Shown piece by piece: positions 1 to 13,789 of a DNA stretch of 64,000 bases. A program made the translations under genes and the position numbers. The stretch covers positions 1-64,000 of the forward strand of contig JASANG010002574.1 in the NCBI GenBank assembly GCA_030248215.1. The letters run 5' to 3'. This DNA comes from Enoplolaimus lenunculus. Taxonomy: Eukaryota. The number at the start of each line of letters is the position of its first letter. Within the stretch, counting starts at the first letter, position 1. A model generated the notes under the pieces. The model had not been told where the DNA came from. It made no database searches and saw nothing but the letters and a program-made list of their open reading frames with translations.

Positions 1-312
1 AGTATTTACTTAAGTACGCACTTATAAACGACAAAATGGTTAAGTAATTGCTTAGTGTTCGGTTTCAGAGATCAAGCAACGATTAAACATTTATGGTTTT
101 CAGAGCTGAATTCAAACGTTTGCAAACACGATGGCATCTAAACATATAACAACAGTCTTCAATAACAGTGGGCTGCTGACGTTGACTGAATTTTAGTTTT
201 ATGATGGCATAACCATCAGGCAAATATTTCGAGCAAAAAAAATTACGCCCTAAAATGGAATTGGTTAAATTCTAAAGCCGATAAAAATGCTATATTTCCC
301 TCATCTTTCCAG

Positions 313-2588
313 GACTTTTGAGTGATATTATATCACAATGTATATGTCGCAGGTCAATATGCTATTCAGGGTGATCATCAAATGGCGTAGGACTATTTGC
401 TTTTTATGCAATTACAGTTTGGTCTATGCTACATTGCTATAAAACTTGTAGACCAATCAGATTTGATTAGTTGGTCAATCGCAATTCCGCTAGACGATCA
501 GCGTTGGTCTAACATCACTGTTGTTTTGCTACATCTCACAATAGCTATTTTGCGTAAACGAAATTGTTATTTGTACAAAATAGCGCATTAGCTTAGACCA
601 AGTAGTAAAATTAACCTGAATAGCAGATTGGCCTACGACATATATCACTTTGCACACACCCTTGAAATGTTGCAATCACTCTGGCTGTGTTATTAATAAC
701 CAATACCACGACCAATTTGGTATATGAAGCCAAAATAAAGCCTTTTAAAGCTTAAGGTATTTTATTACAAGCCCAAAAACTACTATGAAATTTTGAATTT
801 TAGTCAGTTAAGCTACGGAAGCCATACAAAAAATAGATAGCGTTATTATGTTTACAATTATAATAAAATCATAACATACAAGGGATGCTCAGGTTATCAT
901 GTACAAATTTTGTCTCTCCCCCCCCTTAGAAAAGTTAGCCCCATTTGTGATTTATTTGGTACCCCACTTTCCTCAATGTTTGGCACCCATGGTATGGGCG
1001 GCTGGCTTTGGACAGAATCATAATGGAACCTGAGGTAATTTAGGTTGTGTTTATATTGCCTATTCTTAAAATACGAGAAAATCAAAATTCCACGGTAGTT
1101 TCGTATTTTTTCAACCAGATCGAAACATTTGGCACTTTTGTAGATCCCCACGTTAACAAGTCCTTCCCAACAAATGACTCATGGGCGCATGTATAACTGA
1201 GGATCGTGGCAGTAGTATAAGCATATTCCTAAGTCGAAGCCTAAATCTAAGCTTATCAGCAAAACTTTTCAACTGTGTACGGGAACTAGAAAAGGGCCGG
1301 AAATTGTTTCTCGAGTAGGGTTTGCCTTTAAACGGTTGTGAACCTTTAGGGTCTTTTTTTCGTCAAACTGGTATCTGGTAATAAGTCCTGGCAGTATCTT
1401 TGTGAAGTCATCTTCAGAAATTTAAACATAGTTTGATTTAATATATATTTTGAAAAACTAACATAACAAAACAAAATTTAAAATTTTATGTATAAAACTT
1501 AAATTTCGACGGCCAAACGCTTTCCTAAAGCGAACTTCCAAGTCCCCTAAATATAAGACACGAATTCGTCCTTCTTTAACTCAATTCCCAATCGGGTCCG
1601 TGGTCAACGGCGCCGGGGGGCTAAGCCCCCCTCCCTGGAAAAATTTGGGCGCCCTAAAAAATTTTCAACATTGCTTGTAAGTCAACGAAATCCCTTATAT
1701 GCCCCTCCTGAGGAATTTTTAGCCCCCCCTACCACGGTGAGCTGGCTAATAGACTGCAACTGCTTCAAAACACGCCGAAAATTTGATTTTTTTTCAGGCT
1801 CACAAGAACAACTTGATTATGTAACTTTTCGAAGCCAATGTTTAACGCAAAATGTTAATCTTATACTCGTTTGCGCTAACATTTTCCTGCCAACGACAAA
1901 CAGTGCAATATTTGACGTAGCCTCGACCAATATATAAACGTGAAAAAACGCTCATAAGCCAAACGAGCGAGAAACAAAACGCAATTTTAGTACTAAAAAT
2001 TTTAATACAAAATTTTGGTTTCGATTTCAGCCATGAAATACGGTATGAGGGGTGCCCCACGAATCTGCGAGCGTTTCTGATCGTCTCTTGCCGTTTAAAA
2101 CGAGCAAATATTCTAATACGCCCAAATTCAATTTGAAGCCAAATAAAATACCGTTCATCGTTTGTTAGCGATATTAGCATAAATCAACATAATAATGATA
2201 GCTAAATGATCTTTGGCTTAACATTTTAACGTTTAAGCCGATTTTGTTAACAAAATTGCTTTCAAAAGCGCGTCGCGGTCGCTCGTAGCTACGGACAGGC
2301 TTTGATTTCTATGAAATATTTTTGAATTCTAAATTTAGTGGCTAACTTTTGCTGTAATTTTCTAAGCTGCCTTTTAGCGAGAAATAGACGCGTAGTTGTC
2401 AGAGAAAAGATCTAAGGTCTAGAGGCTTCGTATAAATCTGCACACGGAAAACTTTTTTTACCCACTCGACATGTTCTAAGTAGGTATTTTAGCAAAGTTG
2501 GACTAAGATTCAAGAGACAAAATTCAATGCTTCATGCTATTTTCCCCAGATTACTGTTAATTTTGAACTTCTATCTCTCTATTACTTA

Positions 2589-2676
<88 letters not shown>

Positions 2677-5600
2677 TTAAGAAAAGAAACAAATTTGACA
2701 CGGACTGCGGTAAATTCTAATCAGTTGGTTCTTGTCTGATTTAAACGAATTAAACGTGATGAAATTTTGACACAAATATTTTAAATTTTGGTAACACGTT
2801 TGATAAACCGATGTTTTTAAATGTGAATTTTAAACTACAACTATTCTACTCAACTTTACACACATTTTCACTGGTGTTAACAGCGCTCCGTTTATTGGCG
2901 AGCAGAAAGCCATTTACTGAATTAAGTATAAATTAATTGGTAAAAAAAATCACCGTAGTCTATTAAATTTTAAAAAATCTTGCTTAATCAACCCACAAGT
3001 AACAACAAAGTTTAATAATCTTCCCGTATGCACAAACAGGAGTTGCAAATGCTGGTCTCGGGCCCTATTGCTGTCCCGCGGCAACACGGGACGACCCTGA
3101 AAGTAACATGTGCCAAAGAATCCATGTGCGTAGTCAAAATTTGCTTGTAACTCATTGAAAACACTTGAATGCACCTCCTAAAATATTTTTACCCACCCGC
3201 CCCAGCAAGGTGAGCTGGCTACGGGCCTGCGCGTCAATAAGCCGAGTATATTCGGTTATGTCTATTTGTTTCAGAAATATTTTGAGTATTTTTTGGCAAC
3301 TTGTGCTAAAATTCAAAAACAAAGCGAGTAGCTCAGAGGTTTAAGCAGCGAGCGGATCGTTAATCCGTACGTCGTTCGTTGGAATCGCACAGTATCCGCA
3401 GCAAAATTTCCGTGAAGGGCTCTATATGGTACAGCTTAACTTAGAATAGGCTTTACGAAATTTTTGTTTAAAGTAGCCCTGTAAGCATGTGAGACATGCT
3501 TGTCCTTGTGTATATGCAATATATGCAAATGCACATTGTATAGTATGCTTGGCGAAAGCGTACGGTCGACATATAGTCGACGATAGAACCAGCTGGATGG
3601 ATGGACTACGTGGCGCAGTGATAACAGCGTCTACCTGACACGCATAAAGTCGCTAGTTGGAAACCACCCGTAACCCGCTTTTCCGGCTGCTTTAATTAAA
3701 AGATCTAAAGTCTCGGCTCTTACCTAGACTGAAAACCCCTTCGGTTAGCGAAAAAATCCAGCAAGGTTTAGACCGGTACACACGATGTCCCTCTAGCAAA
3801 AAATCAATTCCCCTCGGATGTTGTGTCCCATGTATAGAACAGGGTCGGATAATTTTCCGACGGTGCCGTAATAGAGTCTGTTTAAGCTTTAGACTAACTT
3901 TTTTGCTTAGGCTTAGGCTGAGTCTTAGGCTTAGGCTTAGGAATACGCTCATTCATACGCTTAGACTTAGGCTTAGGCTTAGGAATAGGCTTATACTACT
4001 GTTCCGGCCCTGTTCTATACATGCGCCGATGTTGTTGTATCTATAGGTGTACTGGAATGGATTTTACTAAAAATGACTTAATAAATCGAATCTTTGAATT
4101 GAACAGGTAAAATCGGAAGTAACCTTTATTAAAGCTTAAATTTTACTTCGTAATTTCAAATATAAGAAATTCATGAAATCTTTTCAACTTACGGTTCAAT
4201 TAGCGTTGAGTTAAATGTGAGTTGGTAACGATTTCCTGTTACTCAATAGTCCATTAGTGTGACAAATGTGTCACAGATGCATATAACCACACTACTTTAA
4301 GTTATTTTGTACAAGTAACAAGTATTTCGAACCGAAAAATTTCGTTTTAAAGACAAAAAATTAGACATTATAAATACTTTTTGCTTAAAAAATATGATAA
4401 ATTAGAATACGATTTTAAATACACGGCGTAATAGAACATTTTCATAAATTTCTGCGTGACGAATACGAGAATTACGTCTTTTTACATACAGTACAAAGTT
4501 TGACTGGTTGCCAAAAATCTACCGAAACTCGGTTTAACCCTTTGTCACATGAATATTTCAATTTCACATGAGATGTAATTGCAAGGTAAGATACGATCCA
4601 CAGTCTCACAGGTGGGAGGCGTTCATGATGACCACTGAGCTATATCAGCTTGACGCTCGTGCTCGAGGAGGCTCTCGCACCTTGTGGTGATTTTGCACTG
4701 CGCATGCGTGTTATAAACACTGCTCACAGTGTCTGTATTGCTGGCCAATGTTACTTTAAAGGGCGTAACAGTAGATTAAGTGTATTATTAAGCCTAAGCT
4801 AAAGTCTGAGCATTAGCATAAGCAAAAAATGTAATCTAGAATCTAAACCTACTCTTTTATGAACCCACCACAAACCTGGACGGCCCTTAAAGCAGCATAA
4901 GCCGTATTGCTCGTATATTATTTCTATTTAGTTGCTCATAGTATATAAGGGTTAAATGATTCAAAAGTTAATACATATATTGCCATCTGGTGACAGCTGT
5001 TAAAGAATTTCAAAAATACATCTTTAATTTTAAAACAACTAATTTTTATGACAAATTTATTACTAAAACAAATTTCTAATTGTGTGACCTGTTAGAAAAT
5101 ATTTAATTAATATATCTATCATATTGACTATAATTACAACACCACATCCAAGAATCGCTTGAGTGTAGTGACGAAGTATTTTAGGAAAATGAAAAATATG
5201 GATTTAGAAGTATTCCAGGATACCTGTCGCGTCTGAAACGTATTTAAGTTCAGTAGGCAAGCGGCATTAATTCATGCATCCCTCAATCGTACTCGCTACA
5301 GATTGCTAATGGAATACCAAGTTTATATTAACAAAAATAAACTTTAAATTATATTAATATAGTATTTTTAATTCGATTCTATTTTCTCAATAAAATGCGT
5401 GTTGTGTATTTGTTTCTTCGTGTTGTTAAAGTAATAATTTAATTAAAAATATAACCTTGAGTTGCAAGATATTGTGGTTGTTGTTGACTTTTTTGTCATT
5501 GCAAATGTCAACTTTAGTTTGGTGCAAAATTTCGCTAAAATAAACAGCGGATGTTGTTGAGTTAATAGAAATGTTTCGTGAAATTTAGTGCGAATGATGG

Positions 5601-7043
5601 GCATCGGAGATTTTTTCATATCCGGATATCCAGCAATTCTTGCCAGGTATTTATCCGGATATACGAAATGAAATTTTCTATTTCGGATATCCGAAACTCG
5701 ATTTTGTGTTTTTTTGAGTTTACGAACCACAATTTTCGTTTCTTAAGCACTTGTTTTAACTTATTGCTCTAAAGAAAATACCCTGACCCTCAAGCAAATC
5801 GATATGAGCATAAAAGATACCGTTCTAAAAATCGGTATTTATTATACCAGTACTGTAGTGATCCGTATAACAGGGGGTACCGATTTTCAGTCCCAATCAA
5901 TAGAAGTCCGTATCCCTAATAAGAGTCCGTAAGCGCATAGAGTCCCTAAACCCTAATTTGAGTCCATAAATATCAATTATTCTTAATTGTAGCGCATAAA
6001 TGACTCCAGAACCAAATAAAGGTGAGTTCAAAGCTTTGAAGCGTACTTAAGTTTTCAAAGTACGTTCCTAATAATAACATTGCATTATGGCTAAAGCTTT
6101 TGATACAAGACAAATAAACATTCAATTCAAGGGTTAGTGACAATACCGGATATATGTGTTACGAAGTGTGGCGGAGGACGGGATAAAAATAAATAACAGT
6201 CCGTAACGGAATAACAGGGGAGTACTCTCTGGAGAGGTCAAATAAATATCAGTCCCCGTCTTATTCGGGTCCTCGCTACAGTACCTCAATAGTCTGGGTA
6301 TTCAGTTTAGAAGATTGCATCAGACTACTAAATTAATACTTGCGTTGACATTTTGTCACAAAAAATTTATGTGGGGAGTGGGGACAAATTGTAAGGTAGG
6401 GGTCCTTAGGCATTTTTCTTATCCGGACCGGATATGCGGTGTTCACCTGTAGTCTATATCATACTGTTCTCTGTAACTTGTTATCATCATTTTCAGATAC
6501 ACGAAGTGTTAACTCAGAAAAACTTTGTGTTAAATAAAACTGCTAAAACGTCCCAGAGGTAAATTAGCGTTGCATTGAATTTATATAAAGCTGGACCTCT
6601 CTGTAAAAACCTTTTACTTAAAACTGTTTAGTAAAGTTTTACCACTAAGTAATTTACAGATAGTTTACTTAATAGTTAGCAAATCTTTATTTAAATATGC
6701 TCATCCAGTATAGTTTTACTTAAAACACTTTTAAGCATTCTTTTACTTAATTTTATACGCAGCGTTCTTGTTTCATATATGCTTGTGCTGGCGTTAGATT
6801 GCTTAATGTATTTCTTACCGTTTTAATTCAAATTTTTGGCGCGAAAATAATTTGTTTTTACGTGCGTTTGTTTTTACGTGTTTTTTATTCTGTTTCGTAA
6901 ATAATGTTACGCTAAATACTTCTGCTTAATATTTCACTTGAGATTTTAGCATGCAAACAGGAAAAACGAAGACAAATCCGGATCTCTCAGCTCCAATGAA
7001 CACCCCTGACCCCTCATCCAAAGTGCTTTTACATAAATCGTAA
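313..7043 (+). CDS. Candidate 3' exons of an unidentified gene (313-352, 4047-4106, possibly 5185-5209, 6497-6558, 6950-7043)
   Basis: AG/GT-bounded segments with compatible phases give LLSDIISQCICRR-CTGMDFTKNDLINRIFELNR-KMKNMDLE-IHEVLTQKNFVLNKTAKTSQS-MQTGKTKTNPDLSAPMNTPDPSSKVLLHKS*. No family recognised and some donors are weak. Confidence 0.3.
2591..2672. repeat. (TA)n microsatellite
   Basis: Pure TA run of about 40 units. Confidence 0.97.
3323..3398 (+). pseudogene. Degenerate tRNA-like sequence (Asn-like, GTT); pseudogene or SINE head
   Basis: A-box-like TAGCTCAGAGG, CGGATC-GTT-AATCCG anticodon arm, damaged B box (GTTGGAATC). The acceptor stem does not pair. Confidence 0.45.
3603..3675 (+). 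pseudogene. Degenerate tRNA-like sequence (Val-like, GAC)
   Basis: TGGCGCAGTGA A box, CCT-GAC-ACGC resembling the tRNA-Val anticodon arm, damaged B box GTTGGAAACC. Confidence 0.45.
3825..4027 (+). mobile_element. MITE family A (TTAGGC-bearing, GGCC(C/A)ATGT termini, 8-bp TSD)
   Basis: TIRs CATGTATAGAACAGGG..CCCTGTTCTATACATG, exact TSD GATGTTGT at 3817-3824 and 4028-4035, internal TTAGGC arrays. Confidence 0.9.
4538..4951 (-). mobile_element. piggyBac-like MITE family C (diverged copy) with a nested family B element
   Basis: TTAA|CCCTT...AAGGG|TTAA ends; homologous to copies at 35451, 50451 and 60939. Confidence 0.8.
4743..4903 (-). mobile_element. MITE family B (TTAGGC-bearing, 8-bp TSD) nested in family C
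   Basis: GGCCAATGTTACTTTAAAGGGCG terminus and exact TSD GTATTGCT on both sides. Confidence 0.88.
5853..6281 (+). mobile_element. TA-flanked MITE family H (Tc1/mariner-like target)
   Basis: TA|CTGTAG...CTACAG|TA ends; colinear with the copy at 62554-62998. Confidence 0.8.
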
Positions 7044-9308
7044 AGTTAAAAATGTAAACGCGAAACATTGCAAACTACTCTCATCAATCTGAGATAACCG
7101 CTAGCCGCACAGGTACCTGCAACTTACCCTTACACTAGTGTTAACTTAATGCAAGAAAATAGTCCCCCGCAGTGTCCGTATGAATACATTATCACATACT
7201 TAGCTCAGGCTAAAGTTTTAAGTTTACGTTTACATTTAAGGTTAGGCTTATTCTCCGTCTTAGGCTCAGGTGTGAAGCAGAGTACTTAATGCTTATTAAT
7301 AGGTCCGGCACCGATATAAAATCGACCTGCGGTTATAAAAAATTCTGTCCGTGGCAGCGAATTTATTTGTAAAGCAGGGCCATTTTGAAATGATTAGTAG
7401 TAGATATTCTTCAAACATGACACACAAACACAAATTTTATACAACTATTTGCAAATGTTACTAGAAATTGGCAGAATCAGTCTTATTGTTATTACCTAAT
7501 TTTACTGAACCTCCGGTTCAGCCAAAATTTGTTGACCTCTGTCTCGGGTTTTTCACATCCGATTGGGCAGGAGCATACGGTACTGATGCAGTAATTTTAT
7601 CTGAAAACTTAGCTGGAGCAAAACATTGAGTGCTAGTATTAGATGTTTTAAACAAACTGAGATATCAGTAGGTGTGGCTCTAATTTCTGCTGGCAGGTTT
7701 TGTTCATTACAAGTTCTTGTTGGAATATATACTTCATTCTGCAAGTTGGTTTGATGTTACTGGCTGGCGGTTTATTATACAGAAAGTCACTAAACACCCC
7801 AGCGTTTAACATCTTTCTGAGACTGCGAAACCTGTACGACACCGAAATAAATTGACCTCGGCGAAGCCTATATTGCGGTACATTGTATTTTTTGAATTTC
7901 ATTACTAAATCTGCAAGCAGCCGTATATATCATTTTAAAAGATTACTAGAATTACGCTATAATCTATATATGTGAGTATATATTGCAAGGTTTCTATTTC
8001 TTGGCACCCGTGTCGGCGGAAGGACCCCCAACCTTCAGTTGGCGCCCTGACTGGTGGTGTTCTGAGTTATAATTTTAAGTAAAATAATACTTAAATTAGT
8101 AAATAAAATTAAGTTGTGTTTTACTTAAAATTGTAGAAAAAATTACTTAATTTTTAAGTAAAACTCCGCTGACCCCGTTTTACTTGGTATTCAGTAAAAC
8201 TTTGCCAAGCACCATAGTAAGTAAAACGGGTGCTTAATCTGGCAAAAGTTTTACTTAATATTAAGTAGAATTTTTAGAGAGTGTGTGAAACCCAGCCATA
8301 TATCGAATTCTACAAAAACTCAGGCCCATGTTACTTTTAGGGCCGTAGAGGTTTCTATTATAATACAATTTTTGCTTAGGCTTTTTTAATTATTACAAAA
8401 AAAATTTTAGACAAAAGCATTTCCGATATCCGGATACACGTTTCATTTCGGATACATATCCGGATATCTTTCATATCCGGATATTCGGATGGATATCCGG
8501 TGCCCATCTATAATATATCTATCTATATATCTATATATATCAGGGTTCAACAGGAACTTGATTTTGCAGGAACAGGAACAGGAATTGAATTTCTTTGTAG
8601 CAACCGAAACAGGAACAGTAACAGGAATATATATTTATGTATAAGTTATATAGCTTCTAGCCCTACGTATAAAAATCGCCCATACAGAACAACATGTCTC
8701 TGACAAAATTATCACGGGTAGGCCTTCGCTTTGGTTTACAGGTACGCATAAATTTAGGCTCAGATTCAAATTAACGATTGGGGTTTATTTTGAACTAAAA
8801 CATTAAACCTAAGTTGAAACCTTAACCTTCAGTCAACATTTTTCATAATCTATTTTCAATTGGTTTCAATTCTAATTGCTACTATAAAACTACGAAACTT
8901 ATACCTCAATCGCTAACTTTTAAATTTAAAATTTTAATTTTAAACTAATTTGTTCAAAACGAAATGCAACATAGGGTTTAAGAAAAGCAAATTTTACCTA
9001 AAAACCCAGTCGGTTCTGGTTTAAATGATATATATACGTATGGATAGTTTGATGATTTCCCTTAGGTTTACAACTCTCACTCGACTGCTCATACGCAAAC
9101 TATAAGTTCCGTCTTAATTTCTATAGCTTCTTAAACTCTCTAGAGTTTCTAGAATATGAGTTGCGTATTAATTGCAATTTGCAATATACGACAGCCCGTG
9201 TGCAGTTATGGATGAAGCAGGTGCGTGCATGAAGGTGCAGTTTGACTCAATTTGTTCAGCAAGCAATTTTTATAAGTATTTTGTACAAAAATATTGGAAA
9301 TTTGTGTG

Positions 9309-9510
9309 ACTGCATAGAACATGGCCGTAATTGTAGTATAAAAGTATTTTTAAGCCGAAGCCTATAAGCCTAAACCTAAGCGTAAGATTTTGGTTATACC
9401 TAAGCCTGAGCCTAAGGCTTAAGCTTTAAACAAAATATTAGTCTAAAGCTTATGTTGACGCTATGGCAGTCCATCAGAATAATGTTCCGAGCCTGATGTT
9501 TACATGGCTC
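9309..9510 (-). mobile_element. MITE family A, diverged copy
   Basis: GCCTAA arrays, TTAGTCTAAAGCTTA core and degenerate TIRs. Confidence 0.75.
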
Positions 9511-10100
9511 AAAATTTGCAACTGTAAAAGGATATTTAAATAATTTTAGTTAGTAAATATACGCTTGCAAGTTCCAGTTCAATATTTCGGCCGCACCCAA
9601 GTTTGCAGTTGGTTGCTGGTACATCTGATTTAAAGAATTGTTTTTTGAATTGCAGAAATGTACTTTCAATAACATTAATAGAACATCAGCTGTTTAAAAT
9701 TTAAAACTTCACAAAAAATAGCACTTGATACTGGCTGTTCTATGTTTTATCACGGCAAAATCTAAATATGATTAAAAATCATGAATTGATGAAGTCAAAA
9801 ATGTTTTTAGCTTTTTCTGCGATACGTAATTACTGGCAGGCTCTCGGCAAAGATGCTATTGCTAAAATTCAAATTTAAAAATTAATCAGCCGATATTTTC
9901 AAAGTTTTAAAGTTTACGTAGCAATTTTTTTAACATTTTTAATGTTGAAGGGCATCAAAAAACATAATATTTACAAATGGGTTATGTAACAGTAACCTAT
10001 ATTCCGCATCTGTTTAACTATAAGAAAATACAGTTTGGCTTGAATTAAAGTCCTGTGGTATGTAAAATCAAAAGCAAATCGTTTCCTAGGCCAGTTTGGT

Positions 10101-10179
10101 TATATTCATATATATACATATATATACATATATACATACATATATACATATATATACATATATATACATACATATATAC

Positions 10180-10214
<35 letters not shown>

Positions 10215-10226
10215 CATATATATATC
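10101..10226. repeat. TATACA/TA compound microsatellite
   Basis: Visible TATATACA/TACA iterations. Confidence 0.93.
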
Positions 10227-10573
10227 ATCTGCAGCACAGCTTTTTTGTCGTGGTTATATTATAATTCGATTAGCATTTTCATTCTTTACAAAATTCTATT
10301 TTTGTATTGTTTTTCACATTTGTTTCGCATCAAAAATGTTTGTTCTGTTTCGCCTCTTCACCGCAAAACATTTTAAAATTTTAAAACAATGCAGTGCGAG
10401 AACACAGATTTATTCAAAACAGTTCAAAAAGTGAAAATTAAAGTATGAATTTTAAATATCGAAGGTTTTAAAGATTTGGTCTCTTCTACACTGTTAATTC
10501 GAACGAGTTAAATAATCAACTCAGACGGAAAGTTAGTTATTTCTGAGTTAATAACAGTGTCCGTCAATATCTC

Positions 10574-10755
10574 GGCCTATGTTACTTTTAGGGCCGATCC
10601 AGTATCTAATGGGTCTGTAAAAGAGTAGGATTACATTTTGACCACGTTCTGCTTAGGCTTATGCTTTTGATTGGGATACACTATTTCAAAAGTTTTACGC
10701 TTACGGTAAAGAATACGCTTAATTTACTGTTACGGTCCTTAAAGTAACATTGGCC
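10574..10755 (+). mobile_element. MITE family B
   Basis: GGCCTATGTTACTTTTAGGGCCG...CGGTCCTTAAAGTAACATTGGCC; imperfect 8-bp TSD AATATCTC/AGTACCTC. Confidence 0.85.
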
Positions 10756-11146
10756 AGTACCTCAATAAAATGTTTCATTTCAAATTACAGCCGGAGAAGA
10801 CGTCGAAAACAATCGGGTTTAATAGTGTAAATTTCAAAACATAAACAAAATTTAATTGCCTTGGCCGATACGATGGACATTGAACATACTCATTTTTTGC
10901 AAAAAATTCAAACCTGACCGTCTACAAATTTTAAAGTTAACCTAAACCTTACAAAAAAGTAGGTATCAAAGCCAGCAAACAAAGTCCTGACCACGCCCCT
11001 ACTTAATAAATCGCAAAGAAAAGATAAAGGTATTAAGTGTACCAAAGGGTCTTAGGATACTAGTAATTCAAGGCTCCATAAGCAACCCTCGCGTTTTATA
11101 ATAAAAATCAATCATTCAAAAAGCGATCAACACTGTTGCCAGTTTC

Positions 11147-11350
11147 GGCCCATGTCAAGATCAGGGGTGGAACGTTTTTTGTGGGACTGTAATTGAGTAA
11201 GCTTAATTTTAGCTTATTTTTTGCTTAACTTAGGCTTAGGCTTAGGCTTAGGTTTAGGAATAAGCTTATTTTTACGCTTAGGCTTAGGCTTAGGCTTACG
11301 CTTAGGAATATGCTTACAATACTGCTCCGCCCGTGTTCTTTACATTGGCC
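11147..11350 (+). mobile_element. MITE family A
   Basis: GGCCCATGT...ACATTGGCC; TSD CCAGTTTC/CCAGTTTG; TTAGGC arrays. Confidence 0.9.
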
Positions 11351-11716
11351 CCAGTTTGTATTAATGAAAACAGAAAATTCAAATGTTAATAACGTGAGTG
11401 TTTCGTTTTTGAGAAAATTAATTCTTAATTTTAAGTACATTCATTAATTTAATTAAATTGAAACTTTGCGTGTTTTAAGACATTAAAGCCGACCTTTAAC
11501 GGTACATATTAATAGTTGCCGCGTACCTGTTCACTTATAGGGTTTATAGGTAATAGAACGATTACTTACAAACAACAACATGCATTGCTACCGGAACAAG
11601 TAGTAAATGTTTACAAGATGAACGCGTAGAGACTTAAACAGGGGGTGGGAGTGGCAAAACAATTTTCTCAGAACACTCTAGTGCGGGTAAAAATTTGTTA
11701 ACTTTATCACAATAGC

Positions 11717-11911
11717 GGCCCATGTAAACATCAAAGGCGGAACGTTTTTCTGCGCGACTGCAATAGAGTAAGCTTAAGCTTTAGACTAATTTGCTTGCTT
11801 GGCTTAGACTTAGGCATAGGCGTAGGAATATGCTCATTCTTATGTTTAGGCTTAGGCTTAAGATTAGGAATATGCTTATAATACTGTTGCGCTCCTGTTC
11901 TTTACATTGGC
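11717..11911 (+). mobile_element. MITE family A flanked by ~70-bp imperfect direct repeats
   Basis: Family A TIRs and core. The flanks at 11641-11716 and 11912-11990 resemble each other. Confidence 0.88.
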
Positions 11912-13169
11912 GGGGGGCAAAACAACTTTCTTACCCCAGAACTCTTTAGTGCGGGTAAAAATGTGTTAATCGTTTAGGCTCAATAATAGCTATCTGTGAC
12001 AGCGCTTGTTTCAATCACATTCAGTAAATTCGCCTAAATGCGACAAGAACACGACAAAACCCAAAACAAACCAGAAAGTTTTTATTGACCAAATTTTGTA
12101 CAGGCGCTAGTAGACACAAAAGGAAACAAATATAAACAGGTATAAATAATATCAATTTGAAGCAGACAGGGGCTTAGCCAGGATAACCTTTTAAGAAGGT
12201 ATTAAAATGCTAAAGTGGATGACTTCTGATCGAGCGTAGCGAGTAATGAAACTTTTTTGACTTTTAAAGAAAATTAACATAATTGTAATGCTTGTACTTA
12301 ATAAAGGTGCAGGCTTTGCATCTTGAGCATTTTTTAATGTATATAATCCCTCTTTCTGTATGCAGGTGTCGATGGTGACAAACTTTGCTAAATATGTCAA
12401 TTTTTCTGAGTTATACGTGCTAAAAGGGTCGTTGATTTGTTTAGTTTAACTGAACCATTCAAAAAGTGTTATATATATATATATATATAAAAATATATTA
12501 TATATATAAATATATATATATTATATATATAATATATACATTCATATTTATGTATACATATATAGATAGATAGATTGGTTGATATTTACTTATATATTTG
12601 TTTATTTATTTATCGCAAAATTTGAGAACTCGAAGAGTGATGTATCATAAATGAGCACAGTGTTATTCTTAAATACGCTTAACTCTTAGAATTTGAAACT
12701 TATTATCATTGCGTTCTTGGTTCATAAAATACCCTTTAAGTACTTAAATCGTTCTCAGAAATGTTTTCGTGTAAATCTATATCCTATTTAATACTTAAAA
12801 ATAATTTCATAATGCACTCCTTGTAACGTAATTAACGGCGGTGTATACTCGTGAAGAGTGTTTATTTCGTGCGCTAAAAAGATATCGAATAGAATTCTAA
12901 AATAAAAGCTAAGCTATTTTTTGATGTATAACCGCTGTTTCTATCTTCGAATCTTCGAATTCCTATCTACGCCCTAATCAACGCAGAGACCTATAACGCG
13001 TAGTAATTGTTAATCAGTACACTGCTCTGGTGTTAAACCGATTCTGTCAAAGCCCAAATGAATAAAAGGATCAAACGCTATAATTTTTGAAACGGCCTTT
13101 TTGTTTTATTTACGATGTTTTTAATACTCTCAGATTCACAAGCAGTCAAACGATAACCTCTAAAATCCC

Positions 13170-13394
13170 GACCAATGTATAGATCAGGGCCGGAACAGTA
13201 GAATAAGCATATTCCTAAGCCTATTAAAGTCTAAGCCTAAGCCTAAGCCTAAGCCTACGCACGAGAATGAGCTTATACCTATACCTAAGCCTAAGCCTAA
13301 GCGTAAGCCTACGCAAAAAAATTAGTCTAAAGCTTAAGCTTACTCTATTACAGTCCCATCGGAAAACGTTCCGGCCCTGTGCTATACATGGGCC
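13170..13394 (-). mobile_element. MITE family A
   Basis: GACCAATGTATAG...TATACATGGGCC; TSD AAAATCCC/AAAATCAC; GCCTAA arrays. Confidence 0.9.
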
Positions 13395-13789
13395 AAAATC
13401 ACAAACCAATGCTGTGTGTGAAAATAATTAGTTTTCACATTGTTTTGAGCAATACAAACACTAAAAATGTAACAGTGTTGAGAAGCTATGCATTAAAAAT
13501 CACCGATTTTGCAATCAAAAGCTACTTTTAAACTATCGTCGAGTGAAGTTTATAAAGGAAAAAAACGTAGAATGAAATTATACGATGTTTTGAACTTCTG
13601 AACAATTGATACTGTCAATAGAACACAATCTGACCGGCGTCCAAAATTTATACGTAAAAGCAAAATGTTGTAACTATATGTTTGTCGCCACTGCAGAACA
13701 AACAAGCAAGATTTGCAATATTTTTAGAAAGCTTCATAAGATGTGATAGGTTATAAACTGACGTAAAACTTTAGGTTATAAAGTAGCTA

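Noticed and set aside
897..1151. Minus-strand 84-aa ORF
   Set aside because: Non-ATG start, no recognisable domain and no linked exons.
11229..11310. True telomere or chromosome-healing site
   Set aside because: The TTAGGC arrays are short, degenerate and enclosed by MITE TIRs and TSDs.
12191..12420. Minus-strand ORF as the last exon of a gene divergent from COQ10
   Set aside because: An acceptor and a downstream AATAAA are plausible, but I found no recognisable protein or upstream exons, so support is insufficient.
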